NCBI GenBank assembly: GCA_005798685.1
Contig: SYIT01000074.1
Location: forward strand, 27,639-91,638
Direction of reading: 5' to 3'
Origin: Actinomycetota bacterium
GTDB taxonomy: Bacteria; Actinomycetota; Thermoleophilia; Solirubrobacterales; Solirubrobacteraceae
Length of the DNA stretch: 64,000 bases
Shown: positions 1 through 8,622 of the stretch, piece by piece
How the letters are laid out: every line of letters starts with the position of its first letter
How positions within the stretch are numbered: the first letter of the stretch is position 1
The notes under the pieces: generated by a model
What the model saw: the letters and a program-made list of their open reading frames with translations, nothing else
What the model was told of the DNA's origin: nothing
The model's database searches: none
Translations under genes and position numbers: made by a program

Positions 1-1473
1 GCGCATAACGGCCACCTTGTCGTGGCGCCGCTGCTGCTCTACAAGCTGCTGCTCCAGATTGCTGGCCTAACCGATTATTGGCTCTTTCGGGCCGTGCTCG
101 TCGCGCTTCATCTGCTCGTCGGCCTCGGCGTCTTTGTCCTTGCCCGCCGCCGCGTAGGTGACGTCGGCGCGCTCGTTGCCGCCGCGCTGGTGCTCTTCTG
201 TTTTGCTGCCGCTGATGACCTTCTCTGGGCCTTCCAGATCTCGTTCCTGCTGGCGATGGTCTTCGGCGTTTGGATGTTGGTTGGCCTCGAGAGCGGCAGC
301 TTCCGTGGAGACCTGCTGGCTTGCGTCTGTCTAGCCGGCACGCTCGCGTCGGCTGCGATCGGATTGCCATTTGCGCTTGCCGCAGTCGTGATCATTGGAT
401 CCGACAAGCGCCGCCTGCAGCGCGCCTGGGTTGTCGCCATTCCGCTGCTGCTGTTCGCACTCTGGTACCTCATCTATGGCGTCAGCGAAGTTAAGCTGGG
501 CAACGCGCCGATTGTTCCGCGCTATGCCGCCGAGATGGCGTCGAACGCCGCTGGCGGGCTGGTTGGATTGGGGATTGAGTATGGAAGGCCGCTGGCGCTC
601 GCGCTGGCCGCGGCAGTCGTATTCCGCCTCGCCACTCCCCGACGGGCTACTCCTTGGTTAATTGCGGTCGTTTTGACGGCCGTTGCCGTCTGGGCTCTAA
701 CTGCTTTGGCGCGGGGCGACATCGGCGAGCCGCTCGCCCCCCGCTACATCTATCCCGGCGCGGTTCTAATTGTGCTGATCGTCGTTGAGCTTCTGCGCGG
801 GCGCCGTCTTGCCACTTCCGCGGCTCCGATCGCCATGCTTCTTGTTTGCCTTGCCGGGCTCGCAAATTACGCAACGCTTGGCGCCTTCGCTGCCGGGTTG
901 CGCGGCAACGCTGACGCCTTGGAGGCGCGCCTTGGGGCTCTCGCGCTGGTTGGCACGGCAGTGCCGGATGGCTTTCAAGCCGTTCCGCGGGAGGCCCCCC
1001 AGATTACGCCACGCGGGGCACTGGAGTCGCAGCGAGATTTTGGTGCCATTGGGCTCTCGGCCGGCGCGTTGGCCTCTGCGAGCGCCAACCAGCGGGCCGC
1101 CGCCGACTCTGTACTGATCTCAGCCGGTGAGGTAACCGTGGGTCGCGCTTCGACGGTCAGCGGCAGCGCACCGAAACTGCTGCTAGTCCTCAACGCGAGT
1201 GCAGTGCCAGAAGGGGGCTGCACTCGCATCGTGCCTCGCCGCGGCAGCAGCAGCGTCGATCTTGCGCTGCCAGCGGGCAGCGCCCTCGCTCTGCGCTCGT
1301 CGGCGTTGGTCCCCGTCTTTCTGCGCCGCTTCGGTGACGGCTTCACCGCCAAGCCAAGTCTCGTGATACCGGCAAACAAGGCGACGCTTCTGAAGGCGCG
1401 GGCCGATGCCGCTGAGGCAGCATGGACGGTGGCACTGAAACCGTCGGCGCCGCTTACGCTCTGCGCTCGCTGA
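1..1473 (+). CDS. polytopic integral membrane protein, possible GT-C-like glycosyltransferase/polymerase; may be 5'-truncated by the window edge
   Basis: Track ORF 22..1473 (GTG). The same frame has no stop back to nt 1. The N-terminal two thirds are successive hydrophobic helices and the C-terminal third is a soluble Ala/Ser/Leu-rich domain. No diagnostic motif recognised; function is by context only. Confidence 0.55.
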   Translation, partial: AHNGHLVVAPLLLYKLLLQIAGLTDYWLFRAVLVALHLLVGLGVFVLARRRVGDVGALVAAALVLFCFAAADDLLWAFQISFLLAMVFGVWMLVGLESGSFRGDLLACVCLAGTLASAAIGLPFALAAVVIIGSDKRRLQRAWVVAIPLLLFALWYLIYGVSEVKLGNAPIVPRYAAEMASNAAGGLVGLGIEYGRPLALALAAAVVFRLATPRRATPWLIAVVLTAVAVWALTALARGDIGEPLAPRYIYPGAVLIVLIVVELLRGRRLATSAAPIAMLLVCLAGLANYATLGAFAAGLRGNADALEARLGALALVGTAVPDGFQAVPREAPQITPRGALESQRDFGAIGLSAGALASASANQRAAADSVLISAGEVTVGRASTVSGSAPKLLLVLNASAVPEGGCTRIVPRRGSSSVDLALPAGSALALRSSALVPVFLRRFGDGFTAKPSLVIPANKATLLKARADAAEAAWTVALKPSAPLTLCAR

Positions 1474-1494
1474 GCGGCTGCAGCCAGCAGGACC

Positions 1495-2583
1495 CTAGCT
1501 GTCTATCAGCGTCGCGCGGATCATCGCTTTGTTCGCTTTGATCCAGTCATTGATGTCGCTGAGAATGTTCCGCGCGTCGCGCTGCGGGCGCCAGTCGGTA
1601 ATTGAGCTGAGTTTCGTGCAGTCGGAGATGTAGACGGCAACGTCGCCTGGCCGATCCTCATTGGCACGCGTGATCTCGAGCTCTTTGCCGGTCAGCTCAC
1701 GGCAGAGCTCAGTCGTTTCGATCAGAGAGAGGCTCACGTCAACGCCGCCGCCGACATTTGCGATTACGCCGTTCCAGTGATCGGGGCGCTCCAACTGGTC
1801 ATTGACCAGTTCGATCAAATCATCGATGTGGAGCAGGTCGCGCACCTGCCGGCCGCTGCCGTCGAAGCCGATGTAGCTGAGCGGCATGTCGAAGTGATGG
1901 GCCATAAGCCAGTAGGTGAAGACGCCTTGGTCAACCTTGCCCATCTGCCACGGGCCGGCGATCACGCCGCAGCGGTTGATCACGCTCTGCAGCCCGAACA
2001 TCTCGGCGTACTCGGTGATCAAGAGCTCGGCTGCCAGCTTCGTCGTGCCGTAGAGCGTTCGAGCCCCTTCAAGCGGAAAGTCTTCACTGATACCGGTTGG
2101 AGAGGCGCCGGCGAGCTGCTGGCCCGCGGCGATCATGAAACGGGTTGGTGTTTGATCCAACTCCAGCGCTGCCAGAGCGGCAACGGGGTAGACGCGGCTT
2201 GTGGAAAGGAAGAGCATCTGCGCCGAGTCGCGCCGCGCCAGTTCCAAGCAGTGGTAGGCGCCGACGAGGTTTGATTGAAACGCGTAGCTCGTCTGGCCAT
2301 CAACGCCGGTCAGCGCCGACGGTTCGGCCGAGCACTCGACAAGAGCGTCGATCGGCGGAAGGTTCTGAAGATCATCCAGCTCGCGAACATCGCCCTTGAC
2401 GAAGCGAACCCCGGCCGCTTCGAGGCGCGGCAGGTTCAGCTCCGATCCGCGGCGATAAAGGTTGTCGAAGGCAGTGACCTTCCAGTCCGGGTGTCGCTCG
2501 ATCAGCGCGACGGCAAGGTTCGCGCCGACGAAGCCGGCGCCGCCTGTGATCAGTACGTGACGCTCCGCCGCGTCGGTGGCCAT
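1495..2583 (-). CDS. NAD-dependent sugar-nucleotide epimerase/dehydratase (extended SDR, CDP-paratose/tyvelose 2-epimerase-like)
   Basis: 'HVLITGGAGFVGANLAVAL' Rossmann motif, 'FDNLYRRGSELNL', and the catalytic YxxxK in 'YGTTKLAAE'. 362 aa. 1-nt stop/start overlap with the upstream methyltransferase gene. Confidence 0.85.
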   Translation of the reverse strand: MATDAAERHVLITGGAGFVGANLAVALIERHPDWKVTAFDNLYRRGSELNLPRLEAAGVRFVKGDVRELDDLQNLPPIDALVECSAEPSALTGVDGQTSYAFQSNLVGAYHCLELARRDSAQMLFLSTSRVYPVAALAALELDQTPTRFMIAAGQQLAGASPTGISEDFPLEGARTLYGTTKLAAELLITEYAEMFGLQSVINRCGVIAGPWQMGKVDQGVFTYWLMAHHFDMPLSYIGFDGSGRQVRDLLHIDDLIELVNDQLERPDHWNGVIANVGGGVDVSLSLIETTELCRELTGKELEITRANEDRPGDVAVYISDCTKLSSITDWRPQRDARNILSDINDWIKANKAMIRATLIDS

Positions 2584-3374
2584 CAGGCGGGAACCGCCAG
2601 CAGCTGCACGCCTCCAATAGCAAGCGCGCTGAGCGGCGTACCAGCTGTACTAGCCGGGATGATGCAATCGTTAGTGATCAGCTTCAGTCGGCTGACGCGC
2701 AGTCCCGCCCGTTCGATCGCCCCTCCAAGGTCATCGAGTGTGATGCGGTTGAGCGCGCGGTATTCGCTCAGCATCATCGCTCCCCAGCCAGGGTCAGTCG
2801 CCTCATCAGTTTCAATCCGCGAAGCGATCTCGTCATCGCTGTGGTCGAACTGCGCGAAGCCGTCTGGAAACCACTGCCAAAGGTGCGAACCATGCTCGGA
2901 GTTGTAGAACGGCCAGAGCTGAAGGAAGAGGACTCCGCCCGGTTTCAGAATGCGGCGAATGTCGCGCAGCAACGCCTCAGGATCAGCAACGTGTTCGAAC
3001 GCCGACCACGTCACGACAACATCAAAGCTGTCGTCATTGGCCGGGATCCGTTCCGGTTGCGACTTCACGAAGCTCAGCTCCGCCGGTAGCTCTCTGATGC
3101 CCTCTTCTGCCTTCGCCTCAGCGAGCAGATGTGACGTGTCGACCTCATTGAGGTCGTAACCGACCAACTCGGCAGGCTTGGCCTTGACTACAAGCCCGAG
3201 GTCGATGATCCCGTCACCGCAGCCGATGTCGGCAATTCGCTTACCGGCCAGGTCCATCCCTGACGACTGGCAGAGGTCAACTACCTCCTGCGCAGCATCG
3301 AAGTGGCCGCGGAACCACTCGGAGCGTTCGCTGCCGAGCCCAGTCGATGGGAGTTTTCCTTCCGATTTAGCCAC
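2583..3374 (-). CDS. class I SAM-dependent methyltransferase (paralog of 4382..5506)
   Basis: Motif I 'IADIGCGDGIIDLGL', 'FDVVVTWSAFEHV', 'LKPGGVLFLQLWPFYNSEHGSHLW'. These blocks are nearly identical to those in ORF 4382..5506. Confidence 0.85.
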   Translation of the reverse strand: MAKSEGKLPSTGLGSERSEWFRGHFDAAQEVVDLCQSSGMDLAGKRIADIGCGDGIIDLGLVVKAKPAELVGYDLNEVDTSHLLAEAKAEEGIRELPAELSFVKSQPERIPANDDSFDVVVTWSAFEHVADPEALLRDIRRILKPGGVLFLQLWPFYNSEHGSHLWQWFPDGFAQFDHSDDEIASRIETDEATDPGWGAMMLSEYRALNRITLDDLGGAIERAGLRVSRLKLITNDCIIPASTAGTPLSALAIGGVQLLAVPA

Positions 3375-3383
3375 GTCTAGTGC

Positions 3384-4385
3384 TCACCAATTTCGGAGCT
3401 CGTCACGCAGGCCGTCGAGCTCCGACCGCAGCTCAGACTCAATTCGGTTGATGCGGTCGGCCTGCAAATTGAGCACGTTCCTTACCAGCGGCGGCATCCG
3501 CAGCGCTGCTTCGATCCTGTCTAGGCGGCCGGCCTCTGAATCGTCACCGACGCTGGCCGGGGCCGCTCTGCTGCCACCGGCGTTTGGTCGGATTGGGTTC
3601 TCCGGGACGGGCTTGGTCGACTCAAGTGGGCGTTCGAGAATCACGTAATCTTGAATGTCGAGCGCGCGTCTTGGCAAGTAGCCACGGACACTGAAACCGG
3701 ACCTTCCCCAATGCTCAAACACATACCAAGGGGCGTGGATTGTCGTGTGGTAGAAGTCAGGGAACCAGCTTCCCACGTACGAGTCATCGGCGATGAAGAC
3801 GATTCCCCTCGACTCGAGCTGCTCGCGCCAGCCGTAGGTGCTCTCGCCTGTCACCGCCGCGCCGTTCTCGATCTGCTCGAGCACGATCTCGCCATGAACC
3901 GTTGCGAGCACCAGCCCTCCTGGCTTTGTTACGCGGTAGAGCTCAGCCAGCCAGAGGTCCTGCATCCGTTCGTCGATGTGAGTGAAGACGCTGTGGTTGA
4001 AAACCAGATCGAACGATTGATCGTCGTACGGGAGCGGCGGCTCGGCCGTGTTGGCACTAAAGCTTGCGAAACCGAGGTTCTCGTTTGACCAATCCATCGC
4101 CTCTTCGTCGATGTCACAGCCGTAGAGCTTCGACTGCTCGCCAACCGGCTGAAGCCAGCGCATGATTCGCCCGCAGCCACTGCCAAACTCGAGGATCGAT
4201 TGGTAGTCGAGCAGGCTAGTGCCGACCGTGGCTAGGACGGCCTCAATGTCGCGGACTGAACGCTTACCGGTTGCGAGAAAACTCTTGAGCACCGCACTCC
4301 TTGCCTCATCGGCCTGAAACGACGTGACCCGATCGATCAGGTGGTCGGGCGGCGTGGGAGCTGTGTCATCAAAGACGATTGTCAT
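3384..4385 (-). CDS. class I SAM-dependent methyltransferase with C-terminal coiled-coil tail
   Basis: Motif I 'ILEFGSGCGRIMRWL', 'FDLVFNHSVFTHI', 'TKPGGLVLATVHG'. The C-terminus 'LQADRINRIESELRSELDGLRDELRNW' is heptad-like. ATGA overlap with the upstream gene at 4382-4385. Confidence 0.85.
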   Translation of the reverse strand: MTIVFDDTAPTPPDHLIDRVTSFQADEARSAVLKSFLATGKRSVRDIEAVLATVGTSLLDYQSILEFGSGCGRIMRWLQPVGEQSKLYGCDIDEEAMDWSNENLGFASFSANTAEPPLPYDDQSFDLVFNHSVFTHIDERMQDLWLAELYRVTKPGGLVLATVHGEIVLEQIENGAAVTGESTYGWREQLESRGIVFIADDSYVGSWFPDFYHTTIHAPWYVFEHWGRSGFSVRGYLPRRALDIQDYVILERPLESTKPVPENPIRPNAGGSRAAPASVGDDSEAGRLDRIEAALRMPPLVRNVLNLQADRINRIESELRSELDGLRDELRNW

Positions 4386-5506
4386 ACCGGTGAAGGTACC
4401 GCGAGCAGCTTCACGCCGCTGGTTAGGAGGTCGCTCAGCGGGAGATCAGCCGAAATGTCATTAGGAAGGTTCACGGTCTCGCTGATCAGCTCAGCTCTGC
4501 GCACGCCAAGCCCCGCTTCGCGCATCAGCTCGTGGAGCTCGTTGAGAGTTAGCCGATTGAGGCTGAGATACTCGTCGTCAGCGGGCCGCCGTGCGTCTGT
4601 TCCGGTCTTGCCCTCGAGGCTCGCGATGATCTCGTCGTTGGGGCTGAGCAGGTGAGGAAATCCGCCGCCGTGGGTTAGCCACAGATGTCCGCCGTGATCG
4701 GAGTAATAGAACGGCCATAGCTGCAGGAAGAGGAACCCATCGGGGCGCAGGATTCGCCTGATCTCCTTCAACATCGCCAGCGGCTCGCTCACGTGCTCGA
4801 AGACCGACCACGTGACGACGACGTCGAAGCTTTCGTCTGCGGCCGGAATCGAGTCGATCCCTGACTCCGCAAAGCTGAGGTTGTCGGGCACGCCGTCTAC
4901 CCCGGCGGCTTGAGCGGCAAGTTGAAGCTCACCAACGTCGGTAGGGGAGACATCGAAGCCGACTAATCGCGAGGGCGCGCCGCGCGTTGCCAGTGCGAGG
5001 TCGATGATTCCATCGCCTGACCCAACGTCGGCGACCTCTCGGCCTCCGATTCCCAAGCCACTCGCGGCGATGAAACCGAGAAGCTGATCGGCTGCGTCAA
5101 CGTAGTGGGCGGCAAACCACTCTTCATCTGACTTTCGCTCGTGCTCGCTCGTCGCGAGCGAGATGCCATCTCCCGCCGTCGAGATCTCGAGGGCGCGCCG
5201 CGCGAACGCAGCCGCCTCACGCGTATCGGCCGCCGTCTTCTCGAGCTCGCCTACGTGGCGTAGCGTCTGTGTGACTGCGTCCTGCGTCTGTGTGACTGCG
5301 TCCTGCGTCTGTGTGACTGCGTCCTGCGTCTGTGCTGAAGAATCCCGAAGTTCGCCGATCTCGCTGGAGATCGCCGCCATGCGTTCCTCGAGCATGCCGA
5401 CGTGACCCGCCGTCGCGAAGCGCTTGCGTTTGATCCACTCTCCAATACCAGCCATCGGCGAAAGAGTAACCGCGGAGCGGGCTAGCGAGTGGGAGCCATT
5501 GCCCAA
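4382..5506 (-). CDS. class I SAM-dependent methyltransferase with N-terminal coiled-coil/heptad-repeat extension
   Basis: 'VADVGSGDGIIDLAL', 'FDVVVTWSVFEHV', 'LRPDGFLFLQLWPFYYSDHGGHLW'. The N-terminal ~120 aa are helical and contain QDAVTQT x3. An alternative start ATG lies at 5455. Confidence 0.85.
   Translation of the reverse strand: MGNGSHSLARSAVTLSPMAGIGEWIKRKRFATAGHVGMLEERMAAISSEIGELRDSSAQTQDAVTQTQDAVTQTQDAVTQTLRHVGELEKTAADTREAAAFARRALEISTAGDGISLATSEHERKSDEEWFAAHYVDAADQLLGFIAASGLGIGGREVADVGSGDGIIDLALATRGAPSRLVGFDVSPTDVGELQLAAQAAGVDGVPDNLSFAESGIDSIPAADESFDVVVTWSVFEHVSEPLAMLKEIRRILRPDGFLFLQLWPFYYSDHGGHLWLTHGGGFPHLLSPNDEIIASLEGKTGTDARRPADDEYLSLNRLTLNELHELMREAGLGVRRAELISETVNLPNDISADLPLSDLLTSGVKLLAVPSPV
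5263..5334. repeat. perfect 21-bp direct tandem repeat, 3 full copies plus a 9-bp partial copy, in-frame inside CDS 4382..5506
   Basis: The unit gcgtctgtgtgactgcgtcct occurs at 5263-5283, 5284-5304 and 5305-5325, followed by gcgtctgtg at 5326-5334. On the minus strand it encodes QDAVTQT repeats. Confidence 0.95.
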
Positions 5507-5571
5507 GCGCTTTAAGGGTCTTCGTCTAAGCTACGCGCGATGCTGCGTCTGCGCCCTGAAGTGGGCAGCCA

Positions 5572-6351
5572 ATGAAGGCCGTGATTCTCGCTGGAGGCCG
5601 CGGTTCCCGCCTCAGCGAGGAAACTTCAGTCAAGCCAAAGCCGATGGTCGACATCGGTCCAAAGCCGATTCTCTGGCACATCATGAAGCAGCTCTCGACG
5701 CACGGGGTTGATGATTTCGTGATCTGCCTGGGCTACATGGGTTACGTGATTAAGGAGTACTTCGCCAACTATGCGCTGCACTCGTCTGACGTTACCTACG
5801 ACATGCGCGCGGGGACTATGGAGGTTCACGCTTCAACAACCGAGCCTTGGCGCGTGACGCTCGTTGACACCGGCGAGGACACAATGACCGGAGGGCGACT
5901 CAAGCGCGTGCTGTCGTACGTAGCGGACGAGAAGGACTTCATCTTCACCTATGGAGACGGTCTCAGCGACGTCAACGTAACTGAGCTAGTTGAGTTTCAC
6001 CGCGCCGCCAGCGTTCTCGCAACCGTAACCGCCGTTCAGCCGGCTGGGCGCTTCGGCGCGCTCGAGATGGACGATTCAAGCGCGCTGGTGGAGAGCTTCC
6101 AAGAGAAGCCGCGCGGCGATGGGGCCTGGATTAATGGCGGCTATTTCGTCCTCAGCCCTGAGGTAGGCGAGTTGATCGAGAACGATCAGACGGCTTGGGA
6201 GGAGCAGCCGGTTGACGCGCTCGCAAAGCAGCGCCAGCTCGCCGCTTACCGCCACAGCGGCTTTTGGCAGCCAATGGACACGCTGCGCGACCGCATCAAC
6301 CTTGAGCAGATGTGGGAGAGCGGCAATGCTCCTTGGAAGAGCTGGGAGTAG
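5572..6351 (+). CDS. rfbF: glucose-1-phosphate cytidylyltransferase
   Basis: 'MKAVILAGGRGSRLSEETSVKPKPMVDIGPKPILWHIM...VICLGYMGYVIKEYFANY' is the typical RfbF/DdhA N-terminus. 259 aa. Confidence 0.92.
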   Translation: MKAVILAGGRGSRLSEETSVKPKPMVDIGPKPILWHIMKQLSTHGVDDFVICLGYMGYVIKEYFANYALHSSDVTYDMRAGTMEVHASTTEPWRVTLVDTGEDTMTGGRLKRVLSYVADEKDFIFTYGDGLSDVNVTELVEFHRAASVLATVTAVQPAGRFGALEMDDSSALVESFQEKPRGDGAWINGGYFVLSPEVGELIENDQTAWEEQPVDALAKQRQLAAYRHSGFWQPMDTLRDRINLEQMWESGNAPWKSWE

Positions 6352-6383
6352 GCGGGTTGCCGGGTGTTCCGCAGCAGGTTGCC

Positions 6384-7445
6384 GTGCCGGGTTCGGCGCA
6401 GTGGCGCGGTCGCCGCGTGCTCGTTACCGGTCATACCGGCTTCAAGGGTTCATGGCTAAGCCTCTGGCTGGATTCTCTGGGCGCGGAGGTCTCCGGGCTT
6501 TCAGATCAAGTGCAGCCAGCGCCAGCTCTCTTTGCTCAGGCCGATCTCGAGCAGATTGTTGATCACAACATCGCCGACGTTCGTGACGCCGAGGCCGTTC
6601 ACGCAATCGTCGAGCGGGTCCAGCCCGACGTCGTCTTTCACCTCGCCGCCCAACCCTTCGTTCGCCGGTCCTTCCGCGAGCCGCTCGAGACGTACGAGAC
6701 GAACGTGATGGGCACGGCCAACGTCCTCGACGCAGTACGCCGCGTTGGTGGAGTGCAGGCGGTCGTCGTTGTCACCTCAGACAAGTGCTACGACAACGAT
6801 GAGCAGCAGCGCCCGTTCGTCGAGACGGATCCGATGGGTGGCCACGATCCATATTCGAACTCCAAAGGCGCAGCGGAACTGGTAACCGATGCCTTCCGCC
6901 GCTCGTACTTCTCAGAGCCCGGCACCGCAAACATCGCCTCTGCCCGCGCCGGCAACGTGATCGGCGGCGGCGACTGGGGTGAGGACCGCCTCATTCCCGA
7001 CATCATGCGCGCAGTGATGGCCGGCGAGCCGGTGCAGATCCGCAGGCCTGACGCCGTCCGTCCATGGCAGCACGTCCTCGACCCACTCAGTGGCTACCTG
7101 GTGCTTGCGCAGGCACTGATCGAATCTGGCGAGCAGGCCCAAGCATGGAACTTCGGCCCCTCGATCGACGATGCCAAGCCCGTTTCGTTCCTTGTCGAGC
7201 GGCTTGCCGAGCTCTGGCCCACACCGATTGAGTGGGAGATCGACAACGGCGACCACCCGCACGAAGCTCACTTCCTCAGCCTCGACTCGGGCAAAGCGCG
7301 CGAGCTGCTCGGTTGGCGGCCGGGGTGGGATCTCGACGAAAGTCTAGATGCAACGGTGGCTTGGTTCGAAGCGCTGCAATCCGGTGAGGCAATGGGACCA
7401 TTCAGCCTAAGGCAGGTCGAGGACTACACGGGTTCGCCCGCGTGA
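6384..7445 (+). CDS. rfbG: CDP-glucose 4,6-dehydratase
   Basis: 'WRGRRVLVTGHTGFKGSWLSLWL' and 'SDKCYDN'. The track ORF starts at 6312 inside rfbF; the GTG at 6384 gives the canonical N-terminus. Start is uncertain, end is firm. Confidence 0.9.
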   Translation: MPGSAQWRGRRVLVTGHTGFKGSWLSLWLDSLGAEVSGLSDQVQPAPALFAQADLEQIVDHNIADVRDAEAVHAIVERVQPDVVFHLAAQPFVRRSFREPLETYETNVMGTANVLDAVRRVGGVQAVVVVTSDKCYDNDEQQRPFVETDPMGGHDPYSNSKGAAELVTDAFRRSYFSEPGTANIASARAGNVIGGGDWGEDRLIPDIMRAVMAGEPVQIRRPDAVRPWQHVLDPLSGYLVLAQALIESGEQAQAWNFGPSIDDAKPVSFLVERLAELWPTPIEWEIDNGDHPHEAHFLSLDSGKARELLGWRPGWDLDESLDATVAWFEALQSGEAMGPFSLRQVEDYTGSPA

Positions 7446-7517
7446 ACTGCTACTGCTCCGCTAGCCTTGCTCTGGCCAGCGCCGCGAACTGAAGCTTGAT
7501 CGCACAGAGAGTAATTT

Positions 7518-8618
7518 GTGGAACAGAATCTAATCCAATCCGAGCCGTTTGAGGATCTCTTTGTTCTGGAGATGGCTAACAACCACTGGGGGGACCTTGA
7601 TCGCGGGATGCGAATCATCAAGGACTTCGGTCAAGTTGTGCGCTTCAACAATGTTCGTGCCGCGATCAAACTCCAGTTTCGCGACCCGGATAACTTCATT
7701 CACAAGGACTTCCGTGATCGCGACGACATTCGCTACGTAAAGAAAACGCTTGCGACGACGCTTCAGCGTGACGACTTCGCGCAGCTAGTTGAAGCGGTGC
7801 GTCGAGCCGGGTGCATTCCGATGGCAACGCCGTTTGACGAGTCCTCGGTGGACCTCTGCCGGGAGCTGAAACTCCCACTCGTGAAACTGGCGAGCTCCGA
7901 TCTCAACGACTGGGTGCTTATCGAGAAGATTGCGACCCTTCGGGTTCCCGTTATTGCATCGAGCGGCGGCTCTTCACTAAAAGACATCGATGATTTGGTG
8001 ACTTTCTTCCGCAACCGAGAGATTCCACTTGCGCTCAATCACTGCGTCTCGCTATATCCGAGCGAGGACACCGAGCTTGAGCTGAATCAGATCGACTTCC
8101 TGCATCGTCGCTATCCGGGGTTGACGGTTGGGTTCTCGACCCACGAATACCACGACTGGACAAGTTCGATGCTCGTTGCCTACGCCAAGGGCGCGCGAAC
8201 TTTCGAGCGTCACATCGACATCGATGATGGCGAGTACGAGGTGTCCCCATACTGTTCTCTCCCCGATCAGATCGACGAATGGTTCAAAGCCTTCTGGAAG
8301 GTCAAGGAGATGTGCGGCGCTCCCGGCGTTGCGAAGCGAATTCCACCGCAGCGCGAAGTTGACTATCTCGATGGACTTGTGCGCGGCGTCTATGCCCGTC
8401 GCCCGCTCGCAGTTGGTGAAGTTCTGAGCGACGACGACATCTACCTTGCCGTCCCGCTGCTCAAAGGCCAGATCTCCTGCCGTGAGCTGATTGCCGGTGA
8501 GGAATTGGTGGCGCCGATCGCCGTCGACGCTCCGGTCATGGTCCAGGCCATCGGCGGCCCATATGGCCGCAACCCGAGCCTGCGCGCCCAGATTGAAGCC
8601 CGCGGCCTCGAAGTCTGA
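7518..8618 (+). CDS. NeuB-family (N-acetylneuraminate-synthase-like) PEP-condensing enzyme with C-terminal SAF-like domain
   Basis: 'FVLEMANNHWGDLDRG', 'KLQFRD', 'ATPFDESSVD', 'KLASSDLNDWVL', 'LNHCVSLYPSEDTELELNQIDFL', 'VGFSTHE', 'FERHIDID'. GTG start. Confidence 0.8.
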   Translation: MEQNLIQSEPFEDLFVLEMANNHWGDLDRGMRIIKDFGQVVRFNNVRAAIKLQFRDPDNFIHKDFRDRDDIRYVKKTLATTLQRDDFAQLVEAVRRAGCIPMATPFDESSVDLCRELKLPLVKLASSDLNDWVLIEKIATLRVPVIASSGGSSLKDIDDLVTFFRNREIPLALNHCVSLYPSEDTELELNQIDFLHRRYPGLTVGFSTHEYHDWTSSMLVAYAKGARTFERHIDIDDGEYEVSPYCSLPDQIDEWFKAFWKVKEMCGAPGVAKRIPPQREVDYLDGLVRGVYARRPLAVGEVLSDDDIYLAVPLLKGQISCRELIAGEELVAPIAVDAPVMVQAIGGPYGRNPSLRAQIEARGLEV

Positions 8619-8622
8619 CCGG

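Noticed and set aside
5263-5334. Possible CRISPR-like or minisatellite array
   Set aside because: The repeats are contiguous with no spacers, only 21 bp long, in-frame and inside a CDS. It is a coding tandem repeat, not CRISPR.
7518-8618. Evidence for a complete sialic/legionaminic/pseudaminic acid pathway
   Set aside because: Only the NeuB-like condensing enzyme is present. No NeuA-type CMP-synthetase, NeuC-type epimerase or the aminotransferase/acetyltransferase set is visible in the window.
8491-8622. N-terminal extensions of several track ORFs (8491, 16416, 16807, 20150, 33563, 34207, 35950, 38706, 40044, 45311)
   Set aside because: The extensions overlap neighbouring well-supported genes and have junk-like composition. 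Internal ATG/GTG/TTG starts placed right after the upstream stop, or restoring the canonical family N-terminus, were preferred.
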